Shown here in pieces: positions 1 to 12,490 of a stretch of 64,000 nucleotides of DNA (position 1 is its first letter; each line of letters begins with the position of its first letter). The position numbers and the translations under genes were made by a program. Source of the DNA: the human T2T-CHM13v2.0 reference genome, Homo sapiens; the NCBI RefSeq assembly GCF_009914755.1, contig NC_060927.1, one strand, 5' to 3'. The notes under the pieces are model-generated. The model was given only the letters and a program-made list of their open reading frames with translations. It searched no databases and was not told where the DNA came from.

Positions 1-281
1 GTTTTGTGTCTGAAACATGCTACAGTATCACATGCGGGTAATACCCCTTTATTGATTAGCATATACTAGCTCCAGGACACTGTTTTTTTCTGATATAGAC
101 ATGGGGTTTTACGGACCCTTTTAGCCCCAGTGCTTAGTACGGTAATTTGATTATTAAAATTCTTAATATATTTTCACTGAATAGGATAAGAGAAAAAGAA
201 ACAGGAGATCTCAGTCATTTTAAGTTTTTATAGTCATAGAGAAAATGGCAATAATCTCAGGAATTGTAGACTGATCTAGGA

Positions 282-791
282 CAGAAGTTTTCAAAGTTTT
301 GAGACTTTGGACTCCTTTATATATTTAAAAATTATTGAGGATTTTAAATATTTTTAAAATATAAACTATACCTATTAATATTTACAGTATTAGATCTTAA
401 AATAGAAAAAAATTAAAAATATTTATGGATTAATGTATTTAGTTCAGTAATAAACATGTGTTAACATGAATATATTTTTATATAAAATAACTCTTTTTCA
501 GATCAGCAAACAGTATAATCAAAAGAGTGTCATTGTTTCACATTTTTGAAAATTCTTTTAAATATCTATATTAATAAAGACAGCTGGACTCTCATATCCA
601 CTTCTGAGTTCAATCTGTTGTCATATCACATGTTGTGCAGCCTCTGGAAAACTTCACTATACGCTCTTCAGATAATAAATGTGAAAAGGCAAACAAGGTC
701 TTAGTATTAGGAAAATAGTTTGACTTTATGAAAACCCTGAAAGGGTCTTAGGGAAATAGAGGCATCTCTGATCACATTTTGAAAACTGTTG
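282..791 (-). mobile_element. hAT-Charlie DNA transposon relic (Charlie1b-like)
   Basis: Degenerate terminal inverted repeats (cagaagttttcaaa ... tttgaaaactgttg). The reverse complement resembles the recalled Charlie1 body (gacagctggactctcatatc, ctctggaaaactt, aaaatagtttgac). Confidence 0.7.
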
Positions 792-2158
792 GCCTCATTA
801 TTCATGGGTGGTTTTATTGTTTTCTTATAGCCACTAAATACAATCCTCAACAATTAAAAAAATACAAAAGTAAATAGATAAGCAAAAGAAACAAAGGAAA
901 TATGGGGAAAAACTATTAATTCTCTCTATATCTATTTAATTCATACCCTTATAAATATACCTGTATGTTTAAAAAATTTTCCTAAACCAGAGTATATTTA
1001 ATGTGAAGTGCAAACTGAAGGAAGAAAAACAGATTTTCCATATTATTGTATCGATTTGTTTTGTATGGTATATTTACAAAGGTATGGTTAAAAAAATGTG
1101 TATTATATTTTTCTTAATGAGAAAAATATGACAACTTAGGACCACATAAGTAGAATCAAAATATCACAAAATTATTGAATTTTAGTTTTTAATGCTGTCA
1201 TCATTTATTTCAATAAAAGTTCCAGATATACTGAAATTTTAATAAAATGGAGACAGCAAATTTATTATACATCAACCAAATTCAAATTTATACACACTCG
1301 AAGCAACTCTCAAATGTGCCTAGGTAAAAGTGTTTGTAATTCAGCTTTGAAATATAAAACTAAAAGATAGGTGGCACATAAATTGGCATATAATTCATAA
1401 GCTGTGGTTTGTAGTCTTAAAGTTCAATAATGACTGTCAATATAATAAATACGTAAATAGGTGAGAATTGTTATTTATAATATCAAAATATAAAGCATAC
1501 AATGAAATTAAAACATTCAGAAATATTTGTGCATGTTCCAAATGGTCTCGCATCTTCTTCTACTGAGTTTTCGGAAAGTGTGTTTTTGTAAGCAGAGTGG
1601 TAAATGAGAGACATACACACAGAACAGAGCATAATATAAATAAGCTAGGACCTAAAATATGCTAGAACCTTTGTGTCTTTCTCCATACATAAATCAGAGA
1701 AACAACATTGATATCAGAATTGAGACTCAGACATTCAAATAGTAGAGATTTAATATCTCAGTATTAAAGAACTGAGAAATATACCATTATGATCTGTGTT
1801 TCTGCCAGTTATTTGTATTTGTATTATATGTGATTTATTTGACTTCCTTGGGAATTATCAGTCAAGATTCCACGTCACTAGCTCTCTATTTATATTATCT
1901 AAAGTCCTTTACAACTCCAGTTTGATTAGCCTTTTTCCTTTGAATAACAGCTTTTATTTTTTCCTGAATGGTTCATTTTACCTATTCTGTAGCCTGTATT
2001 TAGGGGAGAATTGATATAGCACCTCAATTCATATATCTTGATATCACCATTTATTGTTCACTTGAAATAATATTTTCTCCACGTAAGAAAATGCAGTTAT
2101 TCTCAAATGATAGACTGGAGAGCTCTGTGGTTAAGGAGTAAAATTGTATTGAGATCTA

Positions 2159-2215
2159 GAAAATACCCTGGGCTTAAAGGTGTTTACAAAACACCTTTAA
2201 GCCCAGGGTATTTTC
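2159..2215. repeat. Perfect 27-bp inverted repeat with 3-nt loop
   Basis: gaaaataccctgggcttaaaggtgttt (2159-2185) - aca - aaacacctttaagcccagggtattttc (2189-2215), exact reverse complements. Confidence 0.97.
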
Positions 2216-3179
2216 AGCTTCTTTAAAAAAATAAAGAATAAACTAAATTGATACATTCCATCAAAATCTTCTCTTAGAAATATTTTACCTTAAAGATTGA
2301 AACCACCAAAAGTAACAAATATATTTACTGGGGAATACATCATCCTTAAACCAAAGCAGTGCCACTAAACATTTCTTAAAAAACTCACCACATAAGCTTC
2401 TTTCATAACAGAAGGATCTGTTATTCTCTGAATGTACAAGTAGTATGTGATCATGAACATCTCATTATAAGCATCTGTGCAGTTTCCAGATTCATGCCAA
2501 GATTCCTACATATTGGATAATTTATCATAGTGCCATCTGCTTAAAATCATAGTTGCCAACATGGATGGATTATCAGAAAAAATAAATTATTTTGTGTCTT
2601 TTTGTAAATGCTTTTGATGATATATGCATGAAAATTCTGCATAGATCATTAGCTCTTCAAAGCAAAATAACGTTGTAAACATGGAAAAACCTTTGAAAAT
2701 AAATTTAATTCCAATCAAAGCAATAACTCTTAATCAAAATGATAACCAAGTATCAGTTGTTCTGGTCAGTTCATGAAAAAATGCATAGAAATAAGCAAAG
2801 TGATATTTTGGGGAGAAAAATATTCCATCTCTAAACATTTGTGCTGGTCTCATACAGTTACAAACTTATTTTCATAGGAACATAGTGAATACATGTGGTT
2901 ATTTAATTTGTATGTAAAATTTCCTATTGCAATTTATTTGTAATTACAATTTTTGTCCTTTAGAACTAAAGATCATATTATAAGTGATTAACACTGGAAA
3001 TAAAACGCAGTGCATCCAAGCTTTGCTATATCACAGTTTGTTGAGAAAATGACCTAAAATTGTAGTTCACAGACAATCTGGGTGCAAGGAAATTTGAAGT
3101 CAGCTAGTCCAACTCCTTTATTTTAGAGATGGGAAATTATTATTCACAGTGATTAAATGTTCACTGTTACAAAACTAGT

Positions 3180-3590
3180 TGTATTACTCAGGGGGATAGA
3201 ATACACACACACACACACACACACACACGGAGACAGAGAGAGAAAAAATTATTCTAAGGAATTAACTCATGTACCTTTGGAAGTGAATGTCCAAAATATT
3301 CAGGATTGGGCACGAAGCTGGAGACTCAGGGAAGAGACACAGTCTAAATTCAATGATAGTCTGCTGGCAGAATTCCTTCTTGCTCTGGAGAGGTCAGTCT
3401 TTGTCCCATTCAGGCCCTCAAGTGAGATTGAATGAGGCCCACTCATATTATGAAGGTCATCTCCCTTACTTGGTGTCCAGTGATTTAAATGTTAATCTCA
3501 TCCAATAAACCTTTTCACAGAAACATCCAGAACAGTGTTTGACCAAACCATGGCCCAGCCAAGTTGATACAAAAAAATTAGGTATTCACA
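3180..3590 (-). mobile_element. MLT2 (ERVL) solo LTR, MLT2D-like, with internal (CA)n
   Basis: TG...CA ends, exact 5-bp TSD CTAGT (3175-3179 and 3591-3595), and MLT2 motifs ctgctggcagaattcc and gatttaaatgttaatctcatc. Confidence 0.85.
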
Positions 3591-4326
3591 CTAGTGTTTA
3601 CATTGCACTTTCAATGTTCTATTTCCATTGCTGAGGGAACTCTTTGGGTATTTATACATTTCCTTTCATGGTATTTCTTACACATCACTCTCCCTTCACA
3701 GAATTTAGTATATATGAAATTGCCATTACAAAGTGTATTCTAAAAATATAGTGAGTATTTGACTCCCCTATTAAATGGACTGAGATGTCTGTTCGGGTTC
3801 AATAACAAGGTTCATGTGTTATATAGATCCTAGGTAATAAGGATCTATAATTTCTAGAATTTTTCATGCTGGTTATAAAATTTAAATAGGATCATAACCC
3901 TAGAACTATTTAGAAAGGAGAAGGGACCTTAAAACTAAGTAAAAGTAATTAACTAAGAGGTTTGCGCCACAAACATTCAAAGGGACCTTCTTGAATAGAC
4001 TTAACACGAAGTATTTCAATAAAGGTACACATCAGCCCTTTATAAAAATTCTTTTGCACTTCTGTGTCCTTATTTCTGCTATTTCTTTTCTGATTTTCAA
4101 CTCATTCTCATTCTCCAAAACAAAACTGAACCATCACCTACTCCTCCAATTATTTTCTGGTGGCTCCTTCCCGTGTGCTCCTAGAGCGACTTGTTTGTAT
4201 TTTCATATTTCAATCCAGACAACTTCCTGTAACAGAGTTTACTCATTTAAGTGAATCAATATTATTTTCTACAACAAAATTCCAACACATTTAGTTCCCT
4301 ATAAAAAGCATTCATATATTCAAAGT

Positions 4327-5047
<721 letters not shown>

Positions 5048-5167
5048 TAGGATTGGTCTTTAGCAATTTCATTATCTGAAACAATTCAACTTCCTGATGA
5101 TTTTCACGATGACAACTAGCATGTAGATATTTGCTAATATTTATTTTCTTTATTAAAAAAAGAGTAT

Positions 5168-5302
5168 AGTCGTCTTTCAGTATCTTCAGGGGATTCATTC
5201 GAGGACTCCTTGCAGATACCAAAATCTGCTGATCTTCAGGATTCTTACAGTTGGTTCTCTATAGCCATGGGTTCTGCATATATTGACATGGAGGGACCAT
5301 TG
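5168..5302 (+). mobile_element. Short Tigger-derived MITE (MER2-related)
   Basis: TA-flanked degenerate TIRs (tagtcgtctttcagtatc ... gacatggagggaccattg) and a gataccaaaatc motif. Confidence 0.6.
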
Positions 5303-5510
5303 TAATATCTTCTGTAATGTCTTCTGTAATGTTATAGTTTTATATCTAATATCAAAGCTTCTTTCTGGATTTTCTCCTTTACTAATTGCTGAAATAGTTG
5401 GCTTTTAATTGGATCATTAATTTTAATCATGGTTGAATCATATATAAGATTATATAATATTTTCATAGGTGTGAAATATTTGACAAAAGGTACTGTGCCT
5501 ATTCACCCGT

Positions 5511-5705
5511 TTTTTGCCTTTTTAACTTTTTTTTTAATGTTGTGGGTATATAGTGGGTGTATATATTTATAGGGTACATGACATGTTTTGATATAGACAT
5601 GCAAAGTCAAATAAGCACATAATGGAGAATGGGGTATCCATCCCCTCAAGCATTTATCCTTTGAGTTACAAACAATCCAATTACACTCTTTAAGTTATTT
5701 TAAAA
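5511..5705 (-). mobile_element. L1MA 3' end fragment
   Basis: Poly-T followed by gggtacatg...tatccatcccctcaagcatttatcc, typical of an L1MA 3'UTR. tattcacc is duplicated at 5500 and 5706 (TSD-like). Confidence 0.8.
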
Positions 5706-5887
5706 TATTCACCTCTTTAGCAATGGCACCTGTCATCTTCCATAATAGGTACTACTCAATAATTGTTATTTTAAAACAATAAATACATCAGATACACTAT
5801 GTGACAGCTATTAAGGTAAACTGATTTTGGATTTCCATCAAGACAAACCATAATAAAACTACAAATTTCTTTTTATGCTATTCTTAA

Positions 5888-6145
5888 TATTTTATTATGA
5901 AAAGGCTCAAACATATATAAAAGTTGAAATAATTATACACTGAACACCCTAATATCTACCACCTAGATTCTACAATTACCATTTTGCTATATTTATTATA
6001 TCCCATATCTATCCATCCATCCACTTATCAATCTATCTTAGTTTTTTGATACATTTCAAAGTCAGTTGCAGACCTCAGTACACTTTATCCCTAAATACTT
6101 TGACATGCATATCATTGACCTGAGTTCAGTATTTATTTATAAACT
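5888..6145 (-). mobile_element. Old L1 (L1MC-like) 3' end fragment
   Basis: ttttattatgaaaa...accacctagattctacaatt...gttgcagac...ccctaaatactt motifs. Confidence 0.6.
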
Positions 6146-7023
6146 TTTCTGAAGTAAACTCTACCACATATCACCTGTTTTTTTTGTAAAAAATACTATG
6201 CCTTTCCTATCAAGCTCTTTAATATTGAGAACTGCTTCTTACTTAACTCTATCCCCACCCACCAAATATCTAATGACACTGGTAATGAGTGATAAACACA
6301 ATGAAAATAGTCGTGGCTAACATATGTCAAGCACTTCCTTTGTTCCAGGCACTGCTCCAACAACAAATTTATTTTTCTGTACCTTCTACACCATTTTGCT
6401 ACTAGCACACTTTTGCACTTTACTAAATTCAGGAGCCCTATGCTGTCTTCGCTTCCATCAGAAAAAAAGTTAAGATTTAAAAAGCTGTTACTTGAGAGTG
6501 CTGAATAATATAAATGGATACATCACCAAAGGTTTTTTTTTTTTTTAAATCCATCTAACATGGAAACATCAACACAATCGGAAGAGATAATTATAAATCT
6601 ATGTTGACTACACCTGACGTTTAGGTACACTTTATTTTGAAAGTCATAATTAAAATGAAATATTAATATCTTATGTGTGGGTAGAGCAGCACTTTATAGT
6701 AAACACATCCACATGCACACTCAAATTTTATGCTCTTTCTAAAAACCTGTGAGACACGTAGGACATTTCTTAGTTTCAACTGTATAAAGAAAATCTAATT
6801 GGTCCAGTTCAATTTTTAAGTGTGATTGCTAAGGTCAAAACATCTCTTAGTTTAGGAACTGGCAGTTGCTCAATCCTAGTATAATCAAATGTGGTTGGAA
6901 TAGGAGGAAAACTGATCTCATCTGATAAAATTCAGGGCTCCTATTGGGTCTATTGATATGACAGTATCCTTTAAAGTCTTTTTTACTTTTTTTTTTTTTT
7001 TTTTGTCATTGAGAAGCCACTAG

Positions 7024-7570
7024 GTCTTAGTTCTCTGTTGCTTGGTAGCAAATTATCACAAACAAAAAAATAGAAGGCTTAAAACAACCAGGATTCATCA
7101 CTTCACAGTTTCTATGGGTCAGTAGCCTGAGCTAGGCTGAGCTTTTTTGTGTGCCTAGCATCTCATAAGGTTGCAGCGTAGGTCTGCCAGGGCTGCAGTC
7201 TTATCTGGATGCTTGACTGAGAAAGGATCTATTTTCAAGCTCACTCAAATTTTTGGCAAGATTCATTTTTCTTCACAATTGTATGACTAAGTGCCCCAGC
7301 TTCAGGATGGGTAGTGGATAGAGATACCTTCCTTGTCATGTTGGATTTCCTAACATGTCTGTTTACTCCATCAAGCCACTAAGGAGTGTCCCTAGAGCCA
7401 GTCTGAAAGCAAGATGGAGTATTATATGATATATCCATAGGAGTGACATCCCTTCACTTTCCTTTGCCAAATTCTATGTATTAGAAGCAAGTTACACCTC
7501 CTGTCCACAATCAAAAGGAGATTATTACACAAAGGTGTGAACCTCAGGAAGACCCGAGCTTGTTGGGTGT
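7024..7570 (-). mobile_element. MLT1 (MaLR) LTR
   Basis: ggcttaaaacaac, cacagtttctatgggtcag, gggctgcagtc, tagaagcaagttac motifs. Confidence 0.7.
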
Positions 7571-8603
7571 ATGTATTCATTAAAAACAGGTTTTATCAGC
7601 CCTAGATGAAAACAGCAGAAATAAAACTTTCTCTGAAGTTTTAACATCACTAGCAAATGATGACTCCGGTATTTAAAAATAAATCACTCTTGTTCCCAGA
7701 ATTAAAACCTCTATATGATGAAAAGTTTATATCCGGCTCCTTTTCTTGGCTCTTTGACTTCTATTACACAGCTTAGCAGCATGAGTCAGTTCAGCCCTGG
7801 CTTCAAGTCCCTTCCCAGCTTCATCCCTGGCCTTCAATCAGTATTCACCACTGTAGCTAGTTGGCAGATGATGTGTTTCAGATGCCTGCACTCCACACCT
7901 GCTTCTGAAATTTCAAACACAGAGAGGCATAGCATGGGAAATAGGCCCACAAGACACTGTCTGGGAAGAGAGACCCCAAGGCAAGCAGAAAGTAACTCAA
8001 CAGAAAGCAGAGGAAAATCAACTGAGGAACAGAGAAAATAAGACGATAAAATGAAGGAAATGGCAGGAGTAGAGGGAGACTCCTCTCTTTATGTTCTACA
8101 TGTTTTATCTGGAATATTTTTAAAAATGCAGACTTGGCTATAAGTACAAAATTGTAGGTGGCAAATCGATACCCTGAGGGCTGCATATTTTAAAGATGTA
8201 AATGTATGTGAAGCACACTGCAGGCTGCTCCTCCTCCATTGGGAAGGATGGCGGAGGTGATTCTGGATGAATGGTGAGCAAGGATGCAATATAGAGACTT
8301 AGATGGAAGGGCAAGCAGTTCAATGGTAGTCCAAAGCAATCATCAACGTGAAGGGACCAGAAACTGAGGTTCGGTCCTGAGGCATATAGTTAAAGATCAA
8401 AGAGAAGCTAAGTAGTAAGGTCTAGGGAGTATTATTCTGGGAAAATCCCTAAGAAGGAGGTTGTTCTTGAAGATAATGCTTGCCACGTGGTGAGCTGGCT
8501 GCACGTGTCAGGAGTGTAACAGACTGTGGTAGACAGAAGATGTGTCCTACAGCATCAAGAAATCCTGAAAGTCCTCTGCTTTAGTCATCCAATGTGAGGC
8601 TAC

Positions 8604-9065
8604 TCGTTCATTCATCAAATATAGCAGTCAATAAAAGAGATGGAAACATTTTCTTTTGTGGAGTCTGGTATTTTAGTCAAGGGAATCAGACTCTCATATA
8701 ATAAATATGTACATTAAATAATGACAGTTGATATGTCCCATGGAAAACAACTAATAGGGCAAGGGGTTTCAGAAGTATCGAGTTAACTATAAAATAGACT
8801 TCACTGAGAGAGTGACATTTAAACAAATTATTGAAGAAAGTGAAGGCATAAGCTGTACGGATATGTCCTGAGATGGAGTCACATCTGCTGTGTCTGAGGA
8901 ATAAAAAGGAGGTAAGTTTTCTGAGGAGACTGAACAAGGTGTATATAGTTATAGATGAGAACAGACAAGTAAGGAAAGACCTTATCATGTAGGACTTTCT
9001 AGGACATTAACAAAACTTTGGCTTTTACCCTGAGTGAAATAAGAAGCTGTTGGAGTGTTTAGACA
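8604..9065 (-). mobile_element. L2 LINE fragment
   Basis: ttcattcatcaaata 3' tail; ctgagagagtgacattt; ctttggcttttaccctgagtgaaat. Confidence 0.6.
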
Positions 9066-11178
9066 GGTAACAGGAGGCCTGGAAATTTTGTTGGTAAGAT
9101 GCTGCACCTACAAGCAGGCTTCAGTGTCCTCCCCTATGACTGATTTCTGTTCCTACTCTTTCTGACCTCCAAGCTATAATAATCCTATCAAACATACAGA
9201 AATTTCCTGACCTTGCATTTGCCCCTAATTCCAGCAGGTGATACTGCTGGAATATGATCTGGGAAGTAAATTTCAGGGATTGACAAATACCTTTGCCTTG
9301 TAACTAAGCAGTACCTGAGGAATGTGCTTTAAAATTTTATTTTTTATATTGATGTTTTTGTAGTATATGAACATAAAACAAAATCTAAGTCAGCAAAGGA
9401 CAATTTTGACATATTTGCAGGTCACTAAAATCTGATGATCGTGATCTGTATAATGTTAAGTCAGGGACAGAGGGCAGTGATGCCTAAAATCATATTCTAA
9501 TTTCACATATTTTCAGTATACGACTTTTAATTATTTTTAAATGGGAAATGACCCACCTCCATCCTTTGGATTTTAATGTTCCCTAAACACTTCTCCCTTT
9601 CTCCACTTCTTACTTTTATCCACACAGACGTAAGCAATTACCTGGTTGTTGGACAAAATCTGTTGGTATGCATTTTTCTATTTGACAGAGCTAATCTACC
9701 AAACAATATAAACACTGGGGATTTTATTTCTTCTTCCATCTCCATCTCAAACCAGTGTAAAACAGAAAACAAAACAGGAGCACTTGCTCTTCAGACTTAA
9801 ACTCTTCCCCAGGTGAGTTCTGCCAGGCCTGGATGGAAGCTCAGCCGATACTAAGCCCACATGATCTCACTTAACTCTATCAATCAAGATAGGCTTATAA
9901 AACTGACATTTTGTACTTTTTTGCCTTTTTTCTCAATCTGTTAGAAACATTCGGGTGATGTAAAATGTTTATTAGGCCTCTTTAAACTCTAGACGCTCTT
10001 TGTAGAGATTAAAGCATACGTTGGTCCCGAGATAATACAAGAAATCTGAAACCCTGGTAATTAAAAGATGGCTATATCATTGTGAAACCATGATTTTTCA
10101 CTGTTTTCAGCTTTGTGCTGAAATTTCTCGTCAATCTCAATCTTGCAATAGTAATATACTGCTACTAGGTGAAAATGATGCTACATATTCCAGACTTCAA
10201 GCTTCATTCCTTTTGATTTACCTAGAAGAAGTGAGCACATATTTATGTCTCTGTTAATAAAAAATAAATGGCAAGTGCAAAAGTCTATCTTAAAATGCAA
10301 ATAAACCATACCAACACAACCCATGCTTTTTTTTCAATTGAAGAAGATTTATTTATGGGGCATTTATGCATAATCTTAATTGTATAGTTTAATAAGTTTT
10401 GACCAATGTATATACCATAAAACCAACAGGCAATCAAGCTGTTGCATGACCTCAGGGTGCCTCTAGTGTCCTTTAAAGAATATGATTTTTGAGGGCATAG
10501 AATAAAAATGTTAGTAGTGGAAAACCCAATTTAGAAGGATATCAGGATTTCCGGGGTTGGGTATAGTTCAAAAAGCATCTCTTCACACAAATCACATGGG
10601 AAACTGAGGGTGTATGTCTTACTTCTGCCTTAAGAGTGTTAACTTCTGAGAATGTGTTGTGAGAATAAATGCTCTAAGAGTGAAAAAAATGGGTGGAACA
10701 CCTAGAACATTTAATCAAATAAACCCCTAGAAGCAACACAACACCTACTTTCAATAACCCTGGATGAAACATCAATCTTAAACATTGATTTGCCCATTGT
10801 TGATTTGAAGGCTAAAGATTTCCCCTGAGACCTATGTTTAAGTTAGGTGTTTCAGATAGCTTTTTCCTTATTGTTAGACAAAATTGCTGGACATAGACAG
10901 TTTAGCTAAGTAATCAGAGTACCTCTTTAAATTTTCAATGGCCTCATGTGTGGCATAACAGGAGAGTAAGAGCTATCTATGTGGGTCCTCTTTGTAGAAG
11001 AGCTTCTACCAGCCTTGGAGTGTTTACTTTTATCATAAGAAAGGAAATATAAATTTATTTACAAAGATAAGTTGCTCACTCATCTTAGATATTTCAGATG
11101 GATTTTTCCAGACAGTTATAATTTAATTTTTTTTCCTCTCCTAAAATGGCTTAGCAATCTGCAACATTTATAAAAATG

Positions 11179-12090
11179 TGATTCAGGATTTTTCTCAGCC
11201 CCTTCACTGAACTCCCTGGAGGGGCACCCCCCTACCTGGCCTGTGGGCTCAACCCCTCATAGGAGGAAGCACATGAGTTGAGCAGGTGTGGGATCCAGGC
11301 ACCAATATAGGAACAAGCTCTGCACGGGTACCCCAGCCAGACCAGGCATGTAGCCTCTGGGGGGATGCAGTGGCACCCAAGGGAGGGTGCCCACGACACC
11401 GAAGCCCCAGAGGTGGTGTTGCAGTGCTCCCTTAGTTCTGCCATCCATGGACAGCAATGTGTTAGCAGCTCAGTTGACCCCTTGCCCCATCATGTGAAGT
11501 GGCTACCCTCCATAGGCAAAGGAAAAAGGCCGGTGTGACAGCCTTTCTGTGTACCCAGATTTAACGGGTCCCAAGCTCTTGTCCAGTGTCCAAGAAGATG
11601 GTCACATGGGTGGCTGAAGGATGGTGAAGGCAGAGAATTTTCTGAGAAATGAAAATGGCTCTCAGTGGAGAGGGGAGCTGGAGAGGGGATAGGAAGGGCA
11701 GATTGTCTTCACCGAAGTCAGGTTGTCTTTTTTCCAAAGTCAGGTCATCTTCTCTCTACTGGTAGAATCTGGGCTCTTATAGGCCCAGGATGGGGAGTAC
11801 ATGCTGGTTGGTTTGTGAATATGCAAAAAGGCTAAAGTGAAAACGCCACTCAAAGGTGAGTGTGACAGTGTAGAAAACCAATTAGGAAAAGACAGGTATA
11901 TGTAAAATAGATGAAGGGTGGAAATCAATCAGAGGAAAGCACGCCAAACAGGAGGACAAATTCTCAATCAGGTCTGAGGATTTAACTCTTAGCTTGGCTT
12001 TCAGGCTTTAAACTGTCTTTGTCTCGGACTGGGGTTTCACCAGGTACTCCTCTCTCTGCCTAGGCATTTACCTGCCTTCTGTCACTATCC
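11179..12090 (-). mobile_element. ERV1 solo LTR (MER52/MER61/LTR28 group)
   Basis: Reverse complement begins gatagtgacagaaggcaggtaaatgcctaggcag...gtttaaagcctgaaagccaagcta. GC-rich body; approximate 4-bp TSD aatg/agtg. Confidence 0.8.
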
Positions 12091-12490
12091 AGTGCAAATT
12101 GGTTTAGTAAAATAGCTTTAAAGATTTCATGTCTTAGGGAAACAAAATAATCTACCCCAAACAAAACTCAAATAAAGCAAGTGTAATTGTAAATACTATG
12201 AAAATTTAAATAAATTTTAAATAGTATATTATCAAATAAATAGTAAAACATTAAGAGAAATTTCTTATCTTTGTTTAAAAAAATTGTTTTTCCCTAAGTT
12301 ATTGGGGTATGGGTGGTATTTGGTTACATGAGTAAGTTCTTTAGTGGAGATTTGTGAGAACCTGGCACACCCATCACCAAGGAGTATACACTGCACCATA
12401 TTTGTTGTTTTATCCCTTGCCCCCTCCCACTCTTCCCCACAAGTCCCCAAAGTCCATTGCATCATTCTTATGCCTTTGCATCCTCAGAAC

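Noticed and set aside
3822-3849. 10-bp stem-loop tatagatcct/aggatctata (similar ones at 9228-9253 and 26375-26403)
   Set aside because: Short stems are not far from chance expectation in 64 kb of AT-rich DNA.
8224-8279. Possible micro-exon with Kozak ATG (MAEVILDE) and GTGAGC donor
   Set aside because: Weak acceptor, no recognisable protein and no supporting downstream coding exon.
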